Shown here one piece after another: positions 1 through 9,618 of a stretch of DNA of 64,000 bases. Origin of the DNA: Vulcanimicrobiota bacterium (GTDB lineage Bacteria > Vulcanimicrobiota > Xenobia > Xenobiales > JADMJV01). The notes under the pieces are model-generated. The model was not told the origin of the DNA. It ran no database searches and saw only the letters and a list, made by a program, of their open reading frames with translations. Each line of letters begins with the position of its first letter. Position 1 is the first letter of the stretch. The translations under genes were made by a program, and so were the position numbers. The stretch is taken from positions 256,001 to 320,000 of the forward strand of contig JBFWNU010000001.1 of NCBI GenBank assembly GCA_050250895.1, read 5' to 3'.

Positions 1-46
1 TCTGGATAAACTCTTTGGCGATCAGGGCTCGCAAGCGGCGAAACAT
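1..46 (-). CDS. ABC-2 type permease, 5' fragment (runs off window)
   Basis: ATG at 46 overlaps the upstream TGA (TGATG). It reads MFRRLRALIAKEFIQ, the typical 'R..ALI.KE..Q' start of YbhR/YbhS-type permeases. Confidence 0.75.
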   Translation of the reverse strand, partial: MFRRLRALIAKEFIQ

Positions 47-942
47 CAGGCGCCTCCCTGGGTCAGCGAGACGAAAACATCTTCGAGATTGGGCGAGGCC
101 CCACGCGGGTCGGGCAGGCCCTGCTCTTGCAGTCGCGCCTGGAGTTTGGCCCGATCGCCCTGATAAGTGAAACGCACGGTGGGGCCGCTGGGGAAGGGGT
201 GGCCAACCCCCTCGATGTCGTTGAGTACCTGCAGAGCCCGGTTGCGGTCTTTTACGGTGAGGCTGAGCATCTCGCCGCGCAGGGTCTTGCGCTTGAGCTC
301 ACCCGGGCTGCCGCGGGCGATCAACTTGCCTGAGTGGATAAAGCAAATGGTGTCGCAGCGCTCGACTTCGTCCATGTAGTGGCTGGTCACCATGATCGTC
401 TTGCCGGCCCGCGACATCTCGACGATCAGTTCCCAGAAATAGCGCCGCAAGGCCGGGTCGACAGCGCCGGTGGGCTCGTCCAAGAAGATGAGTTCGGGGT
501 CATGGACCAGGGCCACTCCCAGGGCCAGTCGTTGGCGGGCCCCACCTGGCAGACTGCGGGCGGTCTGGTCGACGTACTCACCCAGGCGCGCGGTCTCGAT
601 GGTCTGATCGACTCGTTCCGAGCCGAAAAGGCCGGCAAAGAATTCGAGGTTTTCGCGCACGGTCAGATCTTCATAGAGGCTGAACTTCTGGGCCATGTAG
701 CCGACTCGGGCCCGGATCTCGTCGGCCTGGGTGCGAATATCGCGACCCAGCACCTGGCCCTGGCCCCCGGTGGGGGGAATGATGCCCAGCAGCATGCGAA
801 TGACGGTGGACTTGCCCGCCCCGTTAGGGCCGAGAAAGCCGAAGATGCTACCACGAGGAATCTGAAAGTCGACCGAGTCGACGGCGGTGAAGTCGCCAAA
901 CTTCTTGGTCAAGCCTTCGACGTTGACACACAGCTCAGCCAC
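46..942 (-). CDS. ABC transporter ATP-binding protein (YbhF-like)
   Basis: Walker A GPNGAGKST, signature LPGGARQR, Walker B IFLDEPT, H-loop TSHYMDE. Confidence 0.95.
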   Translation of the reverse strand: MAELCVNVEGLTKKFGDFTAVDSVDFQIPRGSIFGFLGPNGAGKSTVIRMLLGIIPPTGGQGQVLGRDIRTQADEIRARVGYMAQKFSLYEDLTVRENLEFFAGLFGSERVDQTIETARLGEYVDQTARSLPGGARQRLALGVALVHDPELIFLDEPTGAVDPALRRYFWELIVEMSRAGKTIMVTSHYMDEVERCDTICFIHSGKLIARGSPGELKRKTLRGEMLSLTVKDRNRALQVLNDIEGVGHPFPSGPTVRFTYQGDRAKLQARLQEQGLPDPRGASPNLEDVFVSLTQGGA

Positions 943-1810
943 GGGCAGCCTCCGTCAGGCGTAAGAAGACGTCTTCCACCGAATACTCGGCCGGCTCGAC
1001 CTCCCACACCTCGAGCCCCTCGAGCGACCGGCGCACGGTCTCGAGCGTAGCCTGGTCGGCTTGGGGCACAAAGGCGTGCAGCCGGTCGCCAAACAGTTCG
1101 GCATCCTCCACATGGCCGGCCTTCAAAAGCCGCTGGCGAGCGGCCACCGGATCGCGACAGAACACCTCGACCACCTGGCCGTCCACCGAGGCTTTGATTT
1201 CGTCGGTGCTACCGAGGCGTAGAAAGCGCCCGCGATCGATGAGGGCCACCCGATCGAACTGCTCGGCCTCGTCCATATACGGGGTCGAGGCCACCACCGT
1301 CAGCCCCTCGGATTGCAGTTGAAAAACCAGCGCCCAGAACTCGCGGCGGCTGACCGGGTCGACCCCTACCGTGGGCTCGTCCATCAACAGCAAGCTGGGT
1401 TTGTGAATCAAAGCGCAGACCAGGGCCAGCTTCTGTTTCATGCCGCCGCTAAGCTGGCCGGCCAGCCGATCGCGAAAACGCTGCAGCCCGACGAATTCAA
1501 GCAGTCGGGCCGGCTCGTCGCTGCGCGGGTAAAGAGCCGAAAAAAAATTGACGTTCTCCTGAATGGAGAGATCGGTATAGAGCGAGAATCGCTGCGGGAT
1601 GTAGCCGATCTCTTCGCGGTTGCCGACCACGCTCAGCTCGCCCTCGTAGCTGAGCAGCCCGGCCAGCGTCTTGAGCAACGTGGTCTTGCCGGCTCCGTCA
1701 GGACCGACCAGGCCGAACAGTTCGCCCTCGGAAACTTCCAGGTCGAGGCCATCGAGAGCCACTGTCGAGCCGAAGCTCTTGCGCAGGTCGCGACAGCGAA
1801 CGGCGCTCAT
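935..1810 (-). CDS. ABC transporter ATP-binding protein
   Basis: GPDGAGKTT, LSGGMKQK, LLMDEPT; overlaps both neighbours. Confidence 0.95.
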   Translation of the reverse strand: MSAVRCRDLRKSFGSTVALDGLDLEVSEGELFGLVGPDGAGKTTLLKTLAGLLSYEGELSVVGNREEIGYIPQRFSLYTDLSIQENVNFFSALYPRSDEPARLLEFVGLQRFRDRLAGQLSGGMKQKLALVCALIHKPSLLLMDEPTVGVDPVSRREFWALVFQLQSEGLTVVASTPYMDEAEQFDRVALIDRGRFLRLGSTDEIKASVDGQVVEVFCRDPVAARQRLLKAGHVEDAELFGDRLHAFVPQADQATLETVRRSLEGLEVWEVEPAEYSVEDVFLRLTEAARG

Positions 1811-3096
1811 CGGGCCACCTTGACGTCGGCGGGCATGCCGGGCTTGAGCAGCAACTCGGGGTTGTCCACCTCGACCTCGGCGCGAAAGACTAGCAGCACT
1901 CGCTGAGCCTGGGTCTGAATCTGGCGGGGGGTGTATTCGGCCGCCGACGAGAGGAAACGCACCTTGCCGTCAAAGGTCTTGCCCGGCAACGAGTCGACCG
2001 TTACCTGGCAGGCCGCTCCCAGCTTGACGGTGGCCAGGTCCGGCTCGGGCACGAAGATGGTGACCCAGGGGTGGCCCAGGTCGGCCACTTTCAAGACCGG
2101 CACGCCCGGCCCCACCATCTCGCCTGGCTCGAAGTTGCGCAGCACCACGATGCCGTCGGTGGGAGCCACCAGCCGGGTCTTGGAAAGCTTGACTTCCAGA
2201 GCCTCGACCCTGGCTTTGGCGGCCTCGAGTCTGGCTCGAGTGGCCTCGACGGTCTGGCTGCGAGGGCCTTCCTCGACCAGAGCCAACTGGGCCGACAGGC
2301 CTTCGACCCGGGCTCGGGCCTGATCGACCTGCTCCGAGCGGGTGCCGCGCTGCAGCTCTTCATAGCGGGCCTGGGCGGTCAGATACTGCTGTTTGGCCGT
2401 TCGCTGCTCTTCCACTCGGGTCCCGGTCTCGAGCTTTTGCAACTGCTCGCGCGCTTGCTTGACCCGGGCTTGGCTCTGGTTGAGGCGGTTGACTTTTTCT
2501 TCGAGCAGGCTCTCGGGAGCGGCGCCTTCTTGAAACAGGGCTCGATAGCGAACCTCATCGGCCTGGGCCGTGGATTGGTCCGAGCGAGCCGAAGCCAGGG
2601 CCGCCCTGGCCGCCTGAATGTCTTCTTCACGGGGGCCGTTTTGAGCTAGTAGCCACTGCTGGTGGGCCGCTTCGGCTTGATGCTGAGCCTGAGCCAGTTG
2701 CTCGGCGGTGGCGCCGTTTTGGAGCAGCCTCAATTCGGCCCGGGCCTGCTCCAACGCAGCCTGAGACTGGGCGATCTCTTGAGGACGACTACCGGCTTCG
2801 AGTTCGGCCAGTTGGGCGGCCACCGCTTTCGCTTCGGCTTTGGCTCCCGCGAGTTCGGCTTCGAGATCGCGGGCATCCAGGCTAGCCACCGGCTGGCCCT
2901 TCTTGATGGCGTCCCCCTCATCAAAAGCGATCTGCTCGAGGGTGCCTCCCAGCTGAAACGACAGCTGAGTCTCGGTGGCCTCGACCACGCCGGAATAGAA
3001 ATCCGGCTTGGGGTCGGCCCGATGCGCCCCCCAGTAGAGCAGACACACGACCACCGCCAGCACCACCAGGGGCACGACCTTCTTAAGCATTTCCAT
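1807..3096 (-). CDS. HlyD-family membrane fusion protein (YbhG-like)
   Basis: N-terminal TM anchor, lipoyl half-motifs (GTLEQIAFDEGDAIKKGQ; LVAPTDGIV), long coiled coil with G.R.E.I repeats, C-terminal AEYTPRQIQT...LKPGMPA. Confidence 0.93.
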   Translation of the reverse strand: MEMLKKVVPLVVLAVVVCLLYWGAHRADPKPDFYSGVVEATETQLSFQLGGTLEQIAFDEGDAIKKGQPVASLDARDLEAELAGAKAEAKAVAAQLAELEAGSRPQEIAQSQAALEQARAELRLLQNGATAEQLAQAQHQAEAAHQQWLLAQNGPREEDIQAARAALASARSDQSTAQADEVRYRALFQEGAAPESLLEEKVNRLNQSQARVKQAREQLQKLETGTRVEEQRTAKQQYLTAQARYEELQRGTRSEQVDQARARVEGLSAQLALVEEGPRSQTVEATRARLEAAKARVEALEVKLSKTRLVAPTDGIVVLRNFEPGEMVGPGVPVLKVADLGHPWVTIFVPEPDLATVKLGAACQVTVDSLPGKTFDGKVRFLSSAAEYTPRQIQTQAQRVLLVFRAEVEVDNPELLLKPGMPADVKVAR

Positions 3097-4360
3097 CCTC
3101 CTCGCACAGGCTCTGCAAGGTCTCGGTCAGGCGACCGGTGACCCTCCCCCAGGCCACCCAGGCGGCGGCATAATCGTAGCGGGCCCGGCTGGCATCGACC
3201 CGGGCGGCGGTCAGGCTGGCCTCGGCGTCGAGCAACTCGACCAGAGTACCCAAACCGTGGCGATAGCGCAAGACCGAAATGCGGCGGGCCTCACTGGCCT
3301 GTTCGAGCTTCTCTCGACTGGCCTCGAGTTGGAGCCAGCGCGAACCGAGAGCGAGAAAAGCGTCTTCGGCCTCAAGGCGGGTGAGGCGTTCGGCTTCCCT
3401 TAATCTGGCCTCGAGCTGGTCGAGGCGACTGCCGGCCTGAGCCGCGCGGGCCTCGGTCAGCCCGCCGTCAAACAGCGGAACTTCCAGCTGGACCATCACG
3501 GTCCACTGGTGGTCCGGCGAAAACCCCGTGGCGTTACGGCGTAGATACTCGGTCTGCAGGGATACCCGGGGGTTGTCGCCGCTCTCGGCCAGACCGACCC
3601 GGGCCCGCGCCGCTTCCACCTCGGCTCTCACTCCTGCCAGGGCGGGCCTGTTTAAAGCCAGTTCGATGGCCTGTTCCAGACCAGCGGGCGGAGCCGGCAA
3701 GTTGGCCAGTTCAGCGGGCGCTAGGGGACCGCCCGTGAGTGAGGCGAGTCTCGCTTGAGCCAGACGGTGTCCATTCTCGGCCGCCAACAGGCGCTGGCGG
3801 GCAGCGGCCACTTCGGCCTGACTGCGGATCACGTCAAAGCGAGCCACCGCCCCGGTCTCGAGACGCTGTCTGGCCACTTCGAGCTGCACACCCCGACTGA
3901 CCAGCTCATCGCGGGCGACCGTGACGGCCTGCTCGGCCAGCAGCGTCTGCAAAAATACCAGCGCCGTCTCTTGAGCCAGCCCCAGCCTGCTCTCCTCGAG
4001 TTCGAACTGGCTGGCCTGGCGATGCTGTTCGGCGGCCTGGTTGGCATAGTGCACGCGGCCGAAGTCGGCCAGCGTCTGTTGCAGTCGCAAGGCCACCAGA
4101 TAGTTGTGCTCAGCCGAGATCTCTAGATTGGCGAAAGGGACAGTGACGGTGGGGTCAAGATGGGTATAGGAAGCGTTCATACCCAGTTGGGGACGGCCGG
4201 GAGCCAGTGCTTCGTCGATGGCGAAAGTGGCTTCGTCGACCCTGGCCCGGGCCTCGTCGATGCGTGGGCTCACAGCCAGCGCTCGAGCCACCGCCTCGAC
4301 CAGAGTGTCGGCGCAGACAGGAGCGCTCAAGAGCAGTATGACCAACAACCATCTCACCAC
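3083..4360 (-). CDS. TolC-family outer membrane efflux protein
   Basis: Signal peptide VVRWLLVILLLSAPVCA, two OEP repeats (LRLQQTLADFG; QLEVPLFDGG; RYRHGLGTLVELLDAE). Start is probably GTG 4360/4357 or ATG 4393; the ORF-track extension to 5017 overlaps the next gene. Confidence 0.9.
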   Translation of the reverse strand: MVRWLLVILLLSAPVCADTLVEAVARALAVSPRIDEARARVDEATFAIDEALAPGRPQLGMNASYTHLDPTVTVPFANLEISAEHNYLVALRLQQTLADFGRVHYANQAAEQHRQASQFELEESRLGLAQETALVFLQTLLAEQAVTVARDELVSRGVQLEVARQRLETGAVARFDVIRSQAEVAAARQRLLAAENGHRLAQARLASLTGGPLAPAELANLPAPPAGLEQAIELALNRPALAGVRAEVEAARARVGLAESGDNPRVSLQTEYLRRNATGFSPDHQWTVMVQLEVPLFDGGLTEARAAQAGSRLDQLEARLREAERLTRLEAEDAFLALGSRWLQLEASREKLEQASEARRISVLRYRHGLGTLVELLDAEASLTAARVDASRARYDYAAAWVAWGRVTGRLTETLQSLCEEDGNA

Positions 4361-4433
4361 CGTCAGACTAGAACAAGCCAGCCCGAAGCGCATCCCCGAC
4401 GGGTCGTAAACCCGCCTCCCCCGATCGGGGGAT

Positions 4434-5333
4434 TCAGCCCAAAAGGTGTTCGAAGAGGAGGAAAAAGACGCGGGCGTTGGGCAGGCTGTCGTACTGGAAG
4501 CGAATCTGACCGGAGCCAAAGAGGCGCCCCAGCCAACCGCTGTTCTCGAACTTCTCGCTGGTGAGAACGACGTAGCCCTTTTCGACGTCCAGCCCGCGCA
4601 AGTCGGACAGCGACCACTGCTCGGTGCCCGAGCCTTTGGTGAGGGCGAAGTGAGACTGGCCGATGTCGATGCGAATGCCGCCAGTTCGAATATTGAAGCT
4701 GACCGGCCGCCCCTGCTCGAGCTGAGCCAGGCAGCGTTTGAGATAGTGACGTGTCCAGGCGATTTCGGCTCCGTCGGCCAGGTAGAAATCGTGGCTGGTA
4801 TCGTCAGGAGGCCCATCTTTCTTAGAATATGAGCCGTTGAGCGAGAAGACATTGCGATTGGAGGCATCGTACCAGGAGTAGTCATAAGTGGTGCTGGTAT
4901 AGATACCGTTGGTGAAATGGCGCGTGGTGTTGACGCGCAGCTCCTCGGCTCTGGAAAACTCGCAGATCTGGCCTTTGGCGGTGGCCTGGCGGCTGCCCGA
5001 GAGACTGTAGGTTGCATAGCCCTCGGTGCCGATGTAGCTTAGCTTGCCACCAAAGCTCGTTCCGGCGACGCCCACCACGGTGCCCAGCCCGCCCCCGGCG
5101 AAAAAGAGCACGGTCGCCCCGGCGTCGATCCAGTTGCCGAAGACAAACCCAATCCCGGCGCAGGCCGCAGCGACCAGCGTGCTCCAGAAGAAGCGGCGCC
5201 CTGCCTCCATCGGCTCCTGGCTCTTCTTTAAAGAAGAGTAGCCCGACAACGGGTCGCCGATGGCAGGCGGTGGCGGTATGAAAAAGTCGGCCTCCGAGTC
5301 GACCGGCACGCCAGCATGGTTTACGTATGACAT
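4434..5333 (-). CDS. Hypothetical membrane protein (two TM helices, soluble beta-rich C-terminus)
   Basis: ATG 5333 (MSYVNHAG...), hydrophobic hairpin FFWSTLVAAACAGIGFVFG / VLFFAGGGLGTVVGVAG; no family recognised. Confidence 0.7.
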   Translation of the reverse strand: MSYVNHAGVPVDSEADFFIPPPPAIGDPLSGYSSLKKSQEPMEAGRRFFWSTLVAAACAGIGFVFGNWIDAGATVLFFAGGGLGTVVGVAGTSFGGKLSYIGTEGYATYSLSGSRQATAKGQICEFSRAEELRVNTTRHFTNGIYTSTTYDYSWYDASNRNVFSLNGSYSKKDGPPDDTSHDFYLADGAEIAWTRHYLKRCLAQLEQGRPVSFNIRTGGIRIDIGQSHFALTKGSGTEQWSLSDLRGLDVEKGYVVLTSEKFENSGWLGRLFGSGQIRFQYDSLPNARVFFLLFEHLLG

Positions 5334-5412
5334 ACATCCCCCTGGTGGCTGGATTCGCTCGCCCGGGTTCCAACCCTTCGCAAGCAGGGCGTTCAGGAGG
5401 GAACAGATTCGG

Positions 5413-6342
5413 ATGATCGAACGTTCGTCGCCGATGAGATTAATTTCCGATTTTTCGATCAAACAGATAGATTCCGACTTTCTCATTTTCAAGCGTTTTG
5501 GAAAGTGCGTCTGCTCACTAGAGGGCGACACCGCACGACTTTTCCAACTCTACTATGAGGGAAAGACCCGACACCAAGCCGAGTCAGAACTTGGGCTTCC
5601 ATGCCTGCAAGCGGCCGAAGAACAACTGCGCGACCAGGGGTTACTCGCCCCTGACGTGTTACCTAGAATTCCCCAGGACCAGTTGACGAGGATCGAGCTC
5701 GCAAACGAGGTGCTGGTCTATCACCCTGTGCAAGGTACAGCCATGCTCCTCAACCAGACCATCGCCGCGTTGCTACCACAATGCGATGGTGAGACTACCG
5801 TCGAACTTGCCATCGACGCACTGAGCAAGAAATTCGAGATCGCGCCCGATACGGCCGAAGAGCTGCTTTGGGCAAGCCTGAAGGCGATGCGTGACCGGGG
5901 GCTGTTCCTGGCGCCGTTGCACCACGGATTGTCGCGACGGGCGTTTCTGAGCAGGTGGGCGGCTGCCGCCGCCCTGTTCCCGGTGATCGTCTCGGCCGCC
6001 GCTCCGCACGCAGCCGTTGCTGACAGTACGACATGCATCGTCAATGGAGATGCGGGTTGCCAGGCTCTCTTTCCGGGCTCGACCAGAGTCTTCACGACCT
6101 GCTGTCCGTGCACGGCGAATGCGACTCCCCCATGCCCCGGCGATGCAAACTGTCAACGACCCTATTTGAAAGATGGCAACAACTGCCTGGATGACACCCC
6201 CGACACCGGCGGCCTGACGGGCTGCTTTGTCTACATCGACTCCGGCCACCCGTTCGCTAACGCCCAAGATTCGTGCGCGGACGCCCGCAACTCGACTCAA
6301 GCCGACACCTTTGGCGGCTATGCCTGTTGCCGATGTCCGTGA
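5413..6342 (+). CDS. Tandem PqqD/RRE domains + internal Tat-like leader + Cys-rich cargo
   Basis: AGGAGG at 5395-5400, ATG 5413 (alternative 5434). PqqD pattern EVLVYHP..G.AMLLNQT...LL..CDG..TV...LRDRGL, preceded by a more divergent copy, then SRRAFL...AVA and a 106-aa tail with 13 Cys. Confidence 0.8.
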   Translation: MIERSSPMRLISDFSIKQIDSDFLIFKRFGKCVCSLEGDTARLFQLYYEGKTRHQAESELGLPCLQAAEEQLRDQGLLAPDVLPRIPQDQLTRIELANEVLVYHPVQGTAMLLNQTIAALLPQCDGETTVELAIDALSKKFEIAPDTAEELLWASLKAMRDRGLFLAPLHHGLSRRAFLSRWAAAAALFPVIVSAAAPHAAVADSTTCIVNGDAGCQALFPGSTRVFTTCCPCTANATPPCPGDANCQRPYLKDGNNCLDDTPDTGGLTGCFVYIDSGHPFANAQDSCADARNSTQADTFGGYACCRCP

Positions 6343-7028
6343 AGACGCCCACTCCTGGCTCCGGGCGCTTTTCGAAGATTGGCCAGGGCCTCGTCGTTCA
6401 GCCGTTTTCCGACAGTATCGGCATCCTGGCTGATGAACCCTTGCTGGAGTCTATCGTGCAGGCCCTGCCGCCTGGCTGGAAAACACGAGAGACCGGCGAG
6501 TTCCTGGTCCGCATCGAACTGACCCAGGAGGGGGGTTCCTTCGTGATCAGGATCAATACTATCGTCAAGGCCAAAGCAAACAATCTCGCATCCGCACTGG
6601 CCCGGTTCCTCGAGGAGCTTCGCCTCCTGATCGTGCTACTCGAACATCAGCGCTTCTTTGTGAAAGCGCGACTATTGCGTCATCGCGAGGCAGCGGTGGT
6701 GGTGCTTGGTCAATTCGTGGCCGAGGTGGGGCTCAGCGAATGTAGCGCTGTTGCTTTTGATGTCAACGGTCGAGTCACCAGTCTAGAGGCTCCCGGGGAG
6801 CCGATGGAGGTGGTGGCCCTGGCTGAACTCGCTCCCTCGACGAGGGAGCCGTGGGAGAACCTCGGAGCGGCCAGAGCGGCGGCAAGCCTGTTCGAGGCAA
6901 AGCTGACCCCCCTGCGCGAAATCGGCCCCTGGCTTGACGTAATAGGCGACCTCGCCCAGGCTAGTCTGTGCCTTCGGATGCAACCCACGCCAGAGGCTTT
7001 CGAGCTACTCCGGCAAAGATTGGGCTGA
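6339..7028 (+). CDS. Degenerate HPr-kinase-related protein lacking the Walker A loop
   Basis: GTG 6339 overlaps the upstream stop (alternative ATG 6333). LPPGWK...LEELRLLI...RFFVKA......AVVVLG...AFDVNGRV resembles HprK-related kinases found next to PqqD genes, but there is no GxSGxGKS/T. Confidence 0.55.
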   Translation: MKTPTPGSGRFSKIGQGLVVQPFSDSIGILADEPLLESIVQALPPGWKTRETGEFLVRIELTQEGGSFVIRINTIVKAKANNLASALARFLEELRLLIVLLEHQRFFVKARLLRHREAAVVVLGQFVAEVGLSECSAVAFDVNGRVTSLEAPGEPMEVVALAELAPSTREPWENLGAARAAASLFEAKLTPLREIGPWLDVIGDLAQASLCLRMQPTPEAFELLRQRLG

Positions 7029-7085
7029 GTGCATCTCCCCCGAAAGAGGGAGGGAGAGACACATCGAGCATGAGAAGATGAAGGC

Positions 7086-7724
7086 ATGCCCATCCGTGTC
7101 TTGCTGGTCGACGATCACGCCATCGTGCGCGAGGGCCTGCGCATGCTGCTCAAGTTCGACCCTGACCTCGAGGTGGTGGGCGAAGCTTCAGACGGAGCCG
7201 AAGCCATCGAGCAAGCCCGTCAACTGACCCCCGACGTGGTCTTGATGGATCTACTCATGCCTCGGATGGACGGCATCGCCGCCACCGAGGCCATTCGCGA
7301 TGAGTTACCATCGGTGGAAGTGGTGGCCCTCACCAGCGTGCTCGAAGACGCCTCGGTGGTGGGCGCGGTCAAAGCCGGCGCCATCGGCTATCTGCTCAAG
7401 GACACCCGTGGAGACGATTTACGCCAGGCCATCAAAGCAGCCGCCGCCGGCCAGGTGCAACTGTCGCCGGCAGCCGCCAAGCGTCTGATGCGCGAACTCA
7501 AAGCCCCCTCGAGTCACGAGAGCCTGACCCCCCGCGAAGTCGAGGTCTTGCACCACCTGGCTCACGGTCTGTCCAACCGCGAGATCGCCGAACGCCTGGT
7601 GGTCGGCGAAGAAACGGTCAAATCTCACGTCTCGCACGTGCTGGCCAAGCTGGGGGCCCGCACCCGCACTCAGGCGGCCCTATTTGCCTGGCAGAAGGGG
7701 CTGGTGAGCCGCGATGCCTCTTGA
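7086..7724 (+). CDS. NarL/LuxR-family response regulator
   Basis: REC domain (VLLVDDH, DVVLMDLLMP, GYLLKD) and LuxR HTH (LTPREVEVL...SNREIAERL...TVKSHVS). Confidence 0.96.
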   Translation: MPIRVLLVDDHAIVREGLRMLLKFDPDLEVVGEASDGAEAIEQARQLTPDVVLMDLLMPRMDGIAATEAIRDELPSVEVVALTSVLEDASVVGAVKAGAIGYLLKDTRGDDLRQAIKAAAAGQVQLSPAAAKRLMRELKAPSSHESLTPREVEVLHHLAHGLSNREIAERLVVGEETVKSHVSHVLAKLGARTRTQAALFAWQKGLVSRDAS

Positions 7725-9174
7725 GCGCGCGCTCCAACTCGGCCCGACCTTCATGGCCGAATTGGCCAAGCTGACGCCAGCGGCCATGCTGTTGTTCGAC
7801 CAGCATCTCGAACCCATCGATTGCAACCCGGCCTTTGTGCGCCTGACCGGCCGCCAGCATGACAGTCAACCCTTCGAGTGCTTTAGCCGCGACGAACTCG
7901 AACGGGTGCGCGAGGCCCTGGAGCGACGCCAGGCCGATGAGCCGATCCGTTGGCCCGGGCGCGTCCAGACCCTGGACGGATACTGGCGCGAAGTCGAGAT
8001 TGTGGTCGTCTTCTTGATGGGCTACAGCCTGATGGTGATGCTCGACGTCACCGACTCGCGCCGGTTGGGGCGCAAACTCGAGGCTCTCAACCGATTCTCG
8101 AGCGCGGTGACGCTGTCCACCGGACTGGAAGCCACCCTGGATCTGCTGGCCGCCCAGGTGGTCGCGGCCACCGATGCGGTGGCGGCGGTGGTGCTGTTGC
8201 TCGACCCTGGCCCGCGAATCGATCGAGTCGGTCGAGCCGGCGTGCCCGGCGAGGTGCTAGAGGCGGCCTTTCAAATGTTCGCTAGCGGCATCAGGGTGCC
8301 CGCCTTCGAAGCCTACGAGACCGGCCAGACGCTGGTGGTGCCACCGCAGCAGCGAGAAGAGTTCTTGGCCGGCACTCGCCTGGGCGAACTGGTCGAGGCC
8401 CAGGGCTGGCAGCACCTGGTCTGCGTTCCCCTTGGCAAAGGGGTCATGAATTGCTTTTTCACCGAGCGCCTGCTGCCAACTCCCGACGACCTCTCGTTTC
8501 TCGAAACGCTGGGCCGATTCGCCACGGTGGCCATCGAGAACGCACGCCTCTTTGCCGAGGCCGAGGAGCGAGCCGTGGCCGAAGAACGCCAGCGGCTGGG
8601 AAGAGAATTGCACGACTCGGTCTCGCAGAGCCTCTACAGCATCGGCCTGGGCGCCCAGGCCGCCCTGGCCGCGCTCGAGGCCGGGTCACCCGACGAGACG
8701 CGCCAGACAATCGACTACATCCTGTCGCTGGCCCGCTCGGGTCTCGACGACATGCGCGCTCTGCTGTTCAAATTGCGACCCGAGGTCCTCGACGACGAAG
8801 GCCTGGTGGTCGCTCTCACCCGCCAGGCCGAATCGCTGCGGGTTCGTTACGGCTTGATTGTCGAGCTTGACCTGGGAGAAGAACCGCCACTTTCTCCCTC
8901 GATTCGACACGCTCTGTATCGCATCGCCAGCGAAGCCCTCCACAATGCCATCAAGCACTCGCGGGCCACCCGACTCAGAGTAAGTCTCAAGCAACGTCAA
9001 CGGCAGGTGGAACTCGAGATCGAAGACAACGGTGAGGGCTTCGTCCCTGAAGGTTGCAACGGAGGCCTGGGATTGACCACCATGCGCGAGCGAGCCGCCG
9101 AAGCCGGAGGGCAACTGCAGGTGCAGTCAGAGCCGGGTCAGGGAGCCCGGTTACTCACCACCATTCCGGTCTGA
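7714..9174 (+). CDS. PAS/GAF sensor histidine kinase (HisKA_3)
   Basis: ERQRLGRELHDSVSQ H-box, EALHNAIKHS N-box, EDNGEGF G1, GLGLTTMRER G2; AIENARLF at the GAF exit. Confidence 0.95.
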   Translation: MPLERALQLGPTFMAELAKLTPAAMLLFDQHLEPIDCNPAFVRLTGRQHDSQPFECFSRDELERVREALERRQADEPIRWPGRVQTLDGYWREVEIVVVFLMGYSLMVMLDVTDSRRLGRKLEALNRFSSAVTLSTGLEATLDLLAAQVVAATDAVAAVVLLLDPGPRIDRVGRAGVPGEVLEAAFQMFASGIRVPAFEAYETGQTLVVPPQQREEFLAGTRLGELVEAQGWQHLVCVPLGKGVMNCFFTERLLPTPDDLSFLETLGRFATVAIENARLFAEAEERAVAEERQRLGRELHDSVSQSLYSIGLGAQAALAALEAGSPDETRQTIDYILSLARSGLDDMRALLFKLRPEVLDDEGLVVALTRQAESLRVRYGLIVELDLGEEPPLSPSIRHALYRIASEALHNAIKHSRATRLRVSLKQRQRQVELEIEDNGEGFVPEGCNGGLGLTTMRERAAEAGGQLQVQSEPGQGARLLTTIPV

Positions 9175-9618
9175 GGTTCTGCCTCTAGAGGTTACAGAAT
9201 CCTGCCGGTCTGGGCGTCACGAAGGAGTCGCCGACGATGGTCGTAATATTGTTCACCGCAGTCAGCGGGCCGCCATTTAGCATATCGAAGCGCTCGACAT
9301 CACAGTTAACGAAGCCGAAGTCGATCATGTCGAAGATGCAATTGAGGATGTCAAGGCAAACCCCAGTGCGACGAGCAGTCGAACCAGGTTCTTAAGGTAA
9401 TTCATTCACAACCCTTTCGAGTAAAGTAGACACAGGGGTTATCTTAACAAGCCTACCTTAAGGGTCTGAAAGAGCCTCGGCCATGTGGCCACCATGAATA
9501 GCCACATGGCGGTTTGCGCCTGGGAGGAAGGATTATTGTCCTCATCCCGACAATGAAGAAGCGCGGCCGGAGGACACGACCTCTCAAACAAGTCGCGATA
9601 AACTATCGGGGGAACCTC

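Noticed and set aside
4394-5017. 200-aa N-terminal extension of TolC in the ORF track
   Set aside because: It overlaps the 4434..5333 gene in another frame; the signal peptide and a -10 box place the start near 4360.
5413-7028. PQQ, lasso-peptide or ranthipeptide biosynthetic cluster
   Set aside because: No pqqB/C/E, lasso cyclase/B2 protease or radical SAM gene is in the window; only the RRE fold is shared.
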